Shown here in pieces: positions 1 through 8,300 of a stretch of DNA of 10,749 nucleotides (positions are counted from its first letter, which is position 1; every line of letters starts with the position of its first letter). This DNA comes from Candidatus Hydrogenedentota bacterium (GTDB lineage: Bacteria; Hydrogenedentota; Hydrogenedentia; Hydrogenedentales; GCA-2746185). The position numbers and the translations under genes are program-made. The stretch is from contig JAYGCN010000223.1 in the NCBI GenBank assembly GCA_046583315.1, positions 1 through 10,749 of the forward strand. The letters are read 5' to 3'. The notes under the pieces were generated by a model, which saw only the letters and a program-made list of their open reading frames with translations, searched no databases and was not told the DNA's origin.

Positions 1-2
1 GC

Positions 3-1361
3 CCCCTGCTCGCCATCGTCATCGGCATCACCACACCCGCCTTCGTCGTTTCCAGCACCAACGTCATGGCCGAAATCATGATGGTATGTTTCTACGTTTG
101 GGCCATTCACTTTTGGATGTTGGGCATCGAAAAAAAGAAAAATGCCTACCTCTTCATCGGCGCGCTCTGCATCGCTGCGTCCACCCTCGCAAAATACTTC
201 GGCTTCAGCCTGATTCCCCTGCTCTTCGTATACACCCTGCTCGAAATCCGAAAACCCGGATGGTGGCTCGCCCATCTGGCCACCGCCGTAGGTATCGTGC
301 TGCTCTACGAAGCATGGACCCTCTACATGTACGACATCGGATTGCTCGGTGAAGCCGCCAACTTCGCCACCAGCTACCGCGACGAAAACGAAGTCTCCCG
401 CAACACCAAAGCCTTCGTCGGCTTGGCATTCACCGGCGGCTGCATCGCCATCGTTACCCTGCTCTCCCCGCTACTCTTCTCCCGGAAATGGCAACTATCC
501 ATCTGGGCAACCGGTCTTTATTTCTTCTTCGTCGCCTACAACTACCCCCACATATTTCAAGAGCAAGATATCCTGCGTCGCGAATACAACGACTGGAATT
601 TCATCCTCCACTTCACGATATTCTGCGTAGCCGGACTCTTCGTTCTGCTGCTCCCCATTCTCGACCTCTTCACCCACCGCAACAAACAATCCGTCTTCCT
701 CTTCCTCTGGGTCATGGGCACTTTTCTCTTCGCAACCCAGGTCAACTGGACCGCCAACGCGCGCTCCATCGTACCCATGGCGCCCGCTATTGGAATCCTC
801 ATCGGGCGACGACTCAGCCACGTCCACGGAGATCTAGCGTTCCCCATCCGACGCGTCGGTGCCAGCCTCACCGCAGCCGTGCTCCTCGCAATAACACTCG
901 CCTACGCCGATTACACCCTTGCCCGCGCCGGGAAACAAGCCGCGACCAAAATTACCCAGGAATACGGCGACGAAGACACCACCCTGAGATTCACCGGCCA
1001 CTGGGGCAACCAATATTACATGATGCAGACCCCGCATTTTCAGCCGCTCGTCTACCTGCCCACCGATTTCAAAAAAGGCGACGTACTCGTCATCTGCGAC
1101 AACAATACGGGACTCTTTCTTACAGACGAACAACGGGATTTCGCCGAAACCACCGAATTCGACATCTTTCCCTACGCAACCGTCTGGTGCAAATCCCACC
1201 GCACGGGCTTCTACTCCGACATCTGGGGAAGCATCCCTTACTCCTTCGGCGCGATCCCCGACGAAGCCTACCACGTCCTCATCAGCGGCTCCGACATGCA
1301 CGTCGACCTCGGCATCTACAAACCCGGATCATCCACCCCCGACCCCATCCCCTTGCTGTAA
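3..1361 (+). CDS. ArnT/PMT-like (GT39/GT83, GT-C fold) integral membrane glycosyltransferase, 5'-truncated by the window edge
   Basis: The frame is open from position 3 (PLLAIVIGITTPAFVVSSTNVMAEIMM...), so the ATG at 66 is internal. It has many hydrophobic helices and GT-C-like segments 'PAFVVSSTNVMAE', 'ASTLAKYFGFSLIP' and 'NARSIVPMAP', followed by a soluble C-terminal domain. Codon usage is strongly C-ending. Confidence 0.75.
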   Translation, partial: PLLAIVIGITTPAFVVSSTNVMAEIMMVCFYVWAIHFWMLGIEKKKNAYLFIGALCIAASTLAKYFGFSLIPLLFVYTLLEIRKPGWWLAHLATAVGIVLLYEAWTLYMYDIGLLGEAANFATSYRDENEVSRNTKAFVGLAFTGGCIAIVTLLSPLLFSRKWQLSIWATGLYFFFVAYNYPHIFQEQDILRREYNDWNFILHFTIFCVAGLFVLLLPILDLFTHRNKQSVFLFLWVMGTFLFATQVNWTANARSIVPMAPAIGILIGRRLSHVHGDLAFPIRRVGASLTAAVLLAITLAYADYTLARAGKQAATKITQEYGDEDTTLRFTGHWGNQYYMMQTPHFQPLVYLPTDFKKGDVLVICDNNTGLFLTDEQRDFAETTEFDIFPYATVWCKSHRTGFYSDIWGSIPYSFGAIPDEAYHVLISGSDMHVDLGIYKPGSSTPDPIPLL

Positions 1362-1434
1362 CTAAACTGGTTTCTGCCTCGGAAATGCGATAGGATCAGA
1401 CCCTACTTTACTTGATTTACCGGGAGAATCCACC

Positions 1435-2217
1435 ATGCCGTACACCTCATCCGACCACATCACCCTTTGCCTCGACGAACGCGTTCTGCGCATCCAATTC
1501 AATCGACCCGAAAAGAAAAACGCCATCACCCTCGACATGTACTCCACCATGGCCGCAGCCATCCGCCAAGCCAACGACGACTCCACCGTGCGCGTCATCC
1601 TCATCGAAGGCTCCCCCGGCTGCTTCACCAGCGGCAACGATCTCGCCGACTTCATGACCGCATCCGAGACCGGTTCCGGCTCACCCGTAGGGGAATTCCT
1701 CGAAGCCGCAGCGACCACCCCCAAACCCCTCATGGCCGCCGTCACCGGAATCGCCGTCGGCATCGGCACCACCATGTTACTACACTGCGACCTCGCCTAC
1801 GCTTCCGAGACCGCCATGTTTCACATGCCCTTCGTGAATCTCGGACTCGTCCCCGAATTCGGATCCTCACTCATCTTGCCCCAACTCATGGGACAACGCC
1901 GCGCCGCAGAATTGCTCATGCTCGGCCAGCCCTTCGATGCTGCGACCGCCCGAAAACTCGGCTTCATCAACGCCGAATTCCCCGACGACGTGATGCTCGA
2001 CGAAACCCTCTACAAAGCCCACGCCCTCGCCCAACAACCACCCGCAGCCCTACGCCAGACCAAACAACTCATGAAACAACCCTTCCGCGAAGCCATAGCC
2101 CAACAAATGACCGAAGAAGGCAACCGCTTCGCCTCCATGCTCACCGGCCCCGAAGCCATGGAAGCCTTCCAGGCCTTCATGGAAAAACGAAAACCCGATT
2201 TCTCCAATTTCGACTAA
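1435..2217 (+). CDS. Enoyl-CoA hydratase/isomerase (crotonase) family protein, probably delta3,delta2-enoyl-CoA isomerase-like
   Basis: Crotonase motifs 'FNRPEKKNAI', 'FTSGNDL', 'PKPLMAAVTGIAVGIG', 'LHCDL', 'PFVNLGLVPEFG' and C-terminal 'AFMEKRKPDF'. An SD-like GGGAG lies upstream of the ATG. Confidence 0.93.
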   Translation: MPYTSSDHITLCLDERVLRIQFNRPEKKNAITLDMYSTMAAAIRQANDDSTVRVILIEGSPGCFTSGNDLADFMTASETGSGSPVGEFLEAAATTPKPLMAAVTGIAVGIGTTMLLHCDLAYASETAMFHMPFVNLGLVPEFGSSLILPQLMGQRRAAELLMLGQPFDAATARKLGFINAEFPDDVMLDETLYKAHALAQQPPAALRQTKQLMKQPFREAIAQQMTEEGNRFASMLTGPEAMEAFQAFMEKRKPDFSNFD

Positions 2218-2450
2218 CATTTTCGGGTTTCCAGACTCACTCTGTCAATAGATTAACTTCGCAAGCCAAGTATTATCAATTAGTTACAAATCGCACCCTA
2301 TTATTTCCCATACTCATGTTCGGAACCCAATCCCGCAACGCAGTCTCCCTAATTACAGAAAATGGTTTCCCCATACTTGGGTTCACCAAGGCCATTTGAT
2401 AGACTACTCGGAATGATTCCAGAGTCCAACCACAACGCGGAGCTACAGCT

Positions 2451-4007
2451 ATGAAGCGTTTCCTGTTGTTTATCTTGTGCACCTCCATCGTCACAATCGA
2501 TGCCTCCGCCCAACGCGTCACGTTTACCAAAGACGTTGCGCCCATTTTTTTCGAACACTGCGTCGCGTGCCATCGCCCTGACGAAATCGCGCCCATGTCG
2601 CTACTCACCTACGAATCCGCGCGACCCTGGGCCAAGTCCATCGCCAAAGCCGTCGGAAACAAAGACATGCCGCCCTGGAGCGGTGACTCGGATCACCGAA
2701 AATGGTCCAACGACATTTCCCTCAACGACGAACAAATCGAAACCATCGTGAAATGGGTGGAGCAAGGCGCTCGCGAAGGCGACCCGAAGGCACTCCCGGA
2801 ACCACCAACATTTCCTGAGACCTGGGTCCTCGGCGAGCCGGACTACATCGTGCATCTCAGCGAAGTCGTCGTACCGGCAGACGGCGAAGACCTCTTCCCA
2901 AAAGAAACCATCGAAATCGAAATCGACGAGCAACAATGGGTTCGTGCCATCGAATTCATGCCCGGGGATCGACGCGTCGCCCATCACATTCAGACCACCT
3001 ACAACAACGGTAAAGTAAAAACAGGTGCTTTGGACGGTGCTCAGGTCGGTATCCTCGCCATCTGGACCGCCGGTATGTCCCCATTCGAATTTCCCGAAGG
3101 AGTCGGACGCATCTTGTCTCCCGGAGCGCGCATTAACGTCGACTCCCATTACCATCCCTACGGAGAAGCCACCACAGACAACACGCGAATCGGACTCTAC
3201 TTCGGCAAAGGCGAGCTGAAAAAAGAAGTCAGTACCTTAAGTGTCGCGAACATGGGTATTCGCATTCCCCCCGGCGCCGCGGCGCACCCGGAGACAGCCT
3301 TCCACGTATTCGATCGCGACATGCAGATTCTCGCCTTCAGTCCGCACCTCCATGTGCGCGGAAAATCCATGCGCTACGACCTCACCTACCCCGACGGTCG
3401 CGTCGAAACCTTGCTCGACGTGCCCAAATACAACTTCAACTGGCAATGGCAATATTACCCCACCGAACCCATCGACGTACCCGCCGGTAGCCGGGTCGAT
3501 GTCACCGGCGTCTGGAACAACTCCGAAGGCAACCCCTTCAACCCCGACCCCACCCAGGAAATCATCTATCGCGGAAACACCTTCAATGAAATGTTCGTCG
3601 GATTCATGGAAGTCATCGAAAAAGACGGTGTCTATCTGAATCCCCCCGTCGCCAAAGACAAACTCATCGACCTGCTCAAGGCCCACCCTGCTGACGAATC
3701 ATTCTACTTCGGCGGATTCCTGCCCTTTGGCGTTTACGCCCCTAAGGAACCTGGCAAAGAAGGCATGATGTATATCGTCAACGGCTCCATCATGTTCACC
3801 ATCAGCCTCGACGATTTCTTTTGGGATGGCGATCACTTGACCATTAATACCCAGCTACCCACCCCAGAAGCCAGCGCAACAACAACCACGGTTACCGGTG
3901 AACTAAACGACAAGGGACAGCTCAAGGGAACCCTGCACTACGGCATCGATTCCCCACGCCCCCTCAAAGTACCCGCACTCGGCGTACCGATGAGTCAGCT
4001 GAATTAA
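2451..4007 (+). CDS. Secreted protein with an N-terminal c-type heme domain and a copper type II (PHM/DBH-like) monooxygenase domain
   Basis: Sec signal peptide (MKRFLLFILCTSIVTIDASA). Heme motif CVACH at 2559-2573 and 'DMPPW'. Copper-ligand pattern HH (H178/H179), HYH (H233/H235), PHLH (H299/H301) and EM (M381), plus 'YNFNWQ'. GGAG lies upstream of the ATG. Confidence 0.8.
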   Translation: MKRFLLFILCTSIVTIDASAQRVTFTKDVAPIFFEHCVACHRPDEIAPMSLLTYESARPWAKSIAKAVGNKDMPPWSGDSDHRKWSNDISLNDEQIETIVKWVEQGAREGDPKALPEPPTFPETWVLGEPDYIVHLSEVVVPADGEDLFPKETIEIEIDEQQWVRAIEFMPGDRRVAHHIQTTYNNGKVKTGALDGAQVGILAIWTAGMSPFEFPEGVGRILSPGARINVDSHYHPYGEATTDNTRIGLYFGKGELKKEVSTLSVANMGIRIPPGAAAHPETAFHVFDRDMQILAFSPHLHVRGKSMRYDLTYPDGRVETLLDVPKYNFNWQWQYYPTEPIDVPAGSRVDVTGVWNNSEGNPFNPDPTQEIIYRGNTFNEMFVGFMEVIEKDGVYLNPPVAKDKLIDLLKAHPADESFYFGGFLPFGVYAPKEPGKEGMMYIVNGSIMFTISLDDFFWDGDHLTINTQLPTPEASATTTTVTGELNDKGQLKGTLHYGIDSPRPLKVPALGVPMSQLN

Positions 4008-5305
4008 TTCGGGAGTACCGCTTTCGAAAACGAGGCCAGCCAGACGTCCACAACTTTCGGATCTTCCGGTACCCGCAGTCGTCGCGTAGTCGGACTATAA
4101 GACGGATATCCGCCCACGTCGTCCTGGCTATCGATTATTCCGCCTGTTCTATCGCGCACCGTGGCAACAATACGCGCATCAATGGGATCCCGATCGCCCG
4201 GTCGCGCACCAACATTCTGCAAAACCCATTCAGTCGTATCGGAGGACAACCGACTGACCAATCCCTCCGGCCAAAGCGGCGGCTCATCCAATTCTACGAC
4301 AATCGCGTAGGCGATCTCCGCCGCAACACCGTTCTGGTCCCAGGCAACATTGTCGTGCATATATACATCCCCGAACGGCCCAAGCATGTGCAACCCATTA
4401 AGCGTATCAACGCCATGATACAAAACATTGCCTACAATGCTGAACCGACCATTCTCCGGCGTCAACCCCGTACCCACCCATTCGCTCTGCACATAGAACA
4501 ATTGTATCGCCCAGCTGCCCGGGTTATAGATGACATTATTCACAATGACCCCGGTCGTAAACGCCTTAAAATAAGGATTGCGCTGATCGTTGTGCGCATA
4601 CAAACACCCTATGATCGAAACGTCCCGCACGAAATCATGGATCAGCGATCCCTTCGAATGAGGCCCCTTTGCATGACTCGAATCATCCAACCCTTCGGCA
4701 ATGATGCAGTGACTAAACGTGATGCGATGCGACGTGGCATCGGGGCCTTCCGTCGCCGGACCCGACGCGCTCAGATTTTCATCCACGGCCCAGGTCAACG
4801 AACAATGGTCGATTACAATATTGAACGCGTCGCCACCACTCGTTGAAATGCCGTCCGGCTCCCAGCCGCTTCCTTTGGGTTGACCAGCATCCCCCGGACG
4901 AATGCTGATATGCTGCATCAGCACGTCGTGCGTAAAAATGGTCAAGCCACCCTTGATAATCGTGATACCCGGACTCGGCGCGGTTTGTCCCGCTATCGTG
5001 ATAAAAGGTTCGCTGATGGACAGGCCGCGTTGTTGTAAATCAATGACGCCGCCGACTTCGAAAACGACAATGCGCGGCCCAGCGGTCTCCAGTGCTTCAC
5101 GCAACGACCCCGCACCCGATTCAGCAAGCGAGGTAACGCGAATCACCTGACCCCCGTTTCCCGCCACCGTGTCCGTCCCGAAACCAACGAGACTCGGAGA
5201 CGCACTACTATCGGAGTCCGAGCACCCCGAGCAAGCCACAACGAATACCAGGCACAGCCAAAAAGAGCGGCGCGCCGACACGGTAGTTTTGTTCAATGAT
5301 GCCAT
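4004..5305 (-). CDS. Pectate lyase-like parallel beta-helix protein (polysaccharide lyase family 1), probable lipoprotein
   Basis: PL1 motifs 'GFGTDTVAGNGGQVIRVTSL..SGAGSLREA', 'GPRIVVFEVGGVI', 'TIAGQTAPSPGI', 'IDHCSLTWAVDE' and 'HNDQRNP'. The N-terminus has RR, a hydrophobic stretch and a lipobox-like VVAC/CSGC. Confidence 0.87.
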   Translation of the reverse strand: MASLNKTTVSARRSFWLCLVFVVACSGCSDSDSSASPSLVGFGTDTVAGNGGQVIRVTSLAESGAGSLREALETAGPRIVVFEVGGVIDLQQRGLSISEPFITIAGQTAPSPGITIIKGGLTIFTHDVLMQHISIRPGDAGQPKGSGWEPDGISTSGGDAFNIVIDHCSLTWAVDENLSASGPATEGPDATSHRITFSHCIIAEGLDDSSHAKGPHSKGSLIHDFVRDVSIIGCLYAHNDQRNPYFKAFTTGVIVNNVIYNPGSWAIQLFYVQSEWVGTGLTPENGRFSIVGNVLYHGVDTLNGLHMLGPFGDVYMHDNVAWDQNGVAAEIAYAIVVELDEPPLWPEGLVSRLSSDTTEWVLQNVGARPGDRDPIDARIVATVRDRTGGIIDSQDDVGGYPSYSPTTRRLRVPEDPKVVDVWLASFSKAVLPN

Positions 5306-5351
5306 GAGTGGTAGTTCCTATCTGGGTACACGCACCACGGGTCAGCTGTCT

Positions 5352-5380
5352 ACTATGCCGGTTCATAGGGCAGAATTCAA
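5352..5380 (-). promoter_or_regulatory. Possible sigma70-type promoter for the pectate lyase gene
   Basis: On the - strand: TTGAAT (5380-5375), a 17-nt spacer, then CATAGT (5357-5352), within the 80-nt gap. AGGAA precedes the ATG at 5305. Only a partial consensus match. Confidence 0.3.
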
Positions 5381-5385
5381 CGCGG

Positions 5386-8300
5386 CTATCGCGAGGGCTG
5401 GCTCGATTTCAGACGCGCACGAACATTGCGCCAATTCTTCATAGCCGCAATCGTATGATTATGATTCTCCCCATAACGCTCCCGGAAGATGATGGTGGCC
5501 TTCTTGAAGTACTTCTCGGCTTGGGGCAGGTCGCCCTTCAAATTGAGTAGGTTGCCCACGTTCAACAAGTTGATTGCGACCTTCGGATGCGCCTTGCCGT
5601 AAACAATCTCATTGATTTCGCGCGCGTTCTCAAAATAGTCGTATGCAGAATCTATATCACCCAGATTCTGCATGATCAGACCCAGATTATTGTAGCTCTG
5701 CGCCACATACGGATGTTCCTTACCATGAATCTCCGCATCAATTTTCACCGCACGCAAATAATAATCCTTCGCCGTCGTCTGATCCCCCATCCGCAACAAC
5801 AGTCCCGCCATATTCTTGACGACATAGGCCTTCATCGGATGGTTATCTGCCAACGTCTTCTCGGCAATCTCCAAACCGTTACTGTACTGATCCCACGCTT
5901 CCGTGAGATCTTCCAACTCCTGCGCAACGAGCCCCAGATTGGTGTAATCACGACACACCGCCTCGTGATCCGCGCCTTTGAGCTTGATATCCATCTCAAG
6001 CGCACGCCGATACGCTTGACGCGCACCAGAGTAATCCTCCAAATCCATGCAGATGTTCCCAATCTGCTGCAACGTACTCGCCATTTCCTCGGTACCCTTG
6101 CCGCGCCCTTTCTCCAGAATCTCAAGTGCGCGTTCATATTCCGTGCGTGCACGCTGGTTGTCACCCTGCGCGCGATACACATTGCCGCTGTGCAGATACA
6201 TCTCCGCGATCTTTTTGTGCGTCGGACCCAGAACCTTGATGCGCTCTTCAATCGCATAGCGGCACGCACTCGAAGCGCGCACATAATCCGCCTTCATCCA
6301 AAGATACGTCGAGATATACAGCCAAAGACTGCTCGTAATCACTGAATCGACCGGTGCTGTTTTGACCACACGAAGGTAATCGGCAATATGCGGTACCAAC
6401 CAGCCGTTCTCATGAATCTGCTGCACCTGATCGGGTTCCGGCACGAGCTCCTCGTAAAATCTACCCATCAGATCCGCCCAGGCAACGGTCGACTTCTGCT
6501 CCCAACGGGCCGATCGCAGCAACATCGTCGCCTCTTCGTTCCCCTCCGTTTCTTCCGCCTCAAGATCCAGTTCAAGCCAGTAAAGCACCGCCTGTTTGAT
6601 GCCCGGCGTCACGGAAACCCGCTCATCCTCAAGCAAAATCAATTTGTAACTCTTCAACAAGGTAAACAGTTCATTAAACTTGCGCGGATTCTGAAGCGTC
6701 TTCTTGAGTGCCCGCGGGAAGGGCTTGGCTCCCGACACAACATACGACACCGGGAACGGTCCATCCCCCAAATACGTCAGGGCTTTCATTAAATCCAGAG
6801 CGATCGGATTTTCATCCCGGACATGCTTGAGCGACACAAGAACCGCCGTACGGATAACCGATATCGGATTCAGCGCGGGATTGGCCACGCCCCATATTTT
6901 CCGGTGCTCCGCCACAAACATATCATAATATTGGTCATAACCAACTTTGGCCTGAACCATATAGTCCGACGCAAGCATCAACGCCAGCACCGTATCACTC
7001 AGCGAAGCCGCCAGCGCCGCTGCTGCCCCTTCACTGCGAATTTTTGTACTACTAAAAAGTAGCTCAACGGACTCCTGCCTGTTCAACGTAGGCATCGATA
7101 TCGGATTCGCTTCTTTGGGCCACTGCGCAGAGTTTGTTGTAGAAAGAACATGGCCCGAATGCTCCCTGGGCAAATATTCCCGAAGTACTTTCCAATTCCG
7201 AACGTCATCAAATATAATCAGCCAACTCGTGTTGAGTTCCAGCCACCTCTTCAATGCCGCCAGTCGAATATTTATCTTGGCCGTTGACTTCTCTTCCAGG
7301 CCCAGCTTATCAACCAACTCGCTCAAGTCTTCCTGGATGCTCACCCGGCTGGAACCGCGCACCCACCATACGACCGAATAATTCGACTTGTTTAGGTTCG
7401 CAAATTCCACTGCCAACTGCGTCATCCCAATACCGATACTGTCCGGCGCCGGGTTGACCATCGTGACAAAACCACCCTGAACATTGATGCGCTGCCGCAT
7501 TTTTTCAAGCAACAGAGAACGGCCCACGTAATGCGAGGCCATGCGCCACGGCACGCTCCAAATCGTATCCTTCAACTTGGGAACCTGCGCCTTTTTCTTG
7601 CGCTTGAGACGTGTCGATGTCGCTTTACGCCGCGGTTTGCCCCGTAATTCTTCGCACTCCTGCAGCAACAGCACGCGCGCTTTTTCGCGCGTCTGTTTCA
7701 CCAGATCAATATAATTGTTCGTGCCAAAGGTCGAAGCCATATTTACACAATTGAGCACCATCACCGGGAACGGTGCCCAACGACCATCATGCAACGCCAT
7801 AATCCACTCGGACTGACCGTGTACGGCATCCAGGTAATACGGCGATGCCACTGCGATCGATTTAATTCCCCGATTCGTCTGCTTCAACAACTGCCGCAAC
7901 GTTTCGTGCGGGTCATTGGAGTCCCAAGGCAGCTTCCGCGCGTTATACCCCACACCCGTCAACAAATGATACAGCCACTCTGCCCACTGCTCATCCATCG
8001 GTACATAGTGAATATAAAAATCCAGCTCATCCTTGGGCAACGGCGGCGGCGTCATCTGCGCAATGCCATCCATATTTCCCGGAGGAGGCGTATCCGCCGA
8101 CAGTGCCGATTCAGCAAACGACTGCTGCATGAACGTAGGGGTCACTTCCGCCAACGGCGGCTCATCGGACGCGCCGCCTGCTGAACCCAGCGAGGTCGGA
8201 GTCATTGGAATTGACGAGTTTTCAATCGCCGGAATCAACGACCCCACGCCCAACGAATCCGGAACATCAACGGGTAGCGGGCGAACGGTATCCTCCAGAC

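Noticed and set aside
488..1393. 301-aa alternative-frame ORF on the + strand
   Set aside because: Arg/His/Pro-rich shadow of the glycosyltransferase caused by C-ending codon bias; no motifs.
1467..2399. 310-aa alternative-frame ORF on the + strand
   Set aside because: Overlaps the well-supported crotonase gene and has the composition of an off-frame translation.
5587..6345. 252-aa ORF antisense to the TPR region, and the other short antisense ORFs in 4355-9228
   Set aside because: They lie opposite strongly supported genes and have no recognisable motifs.
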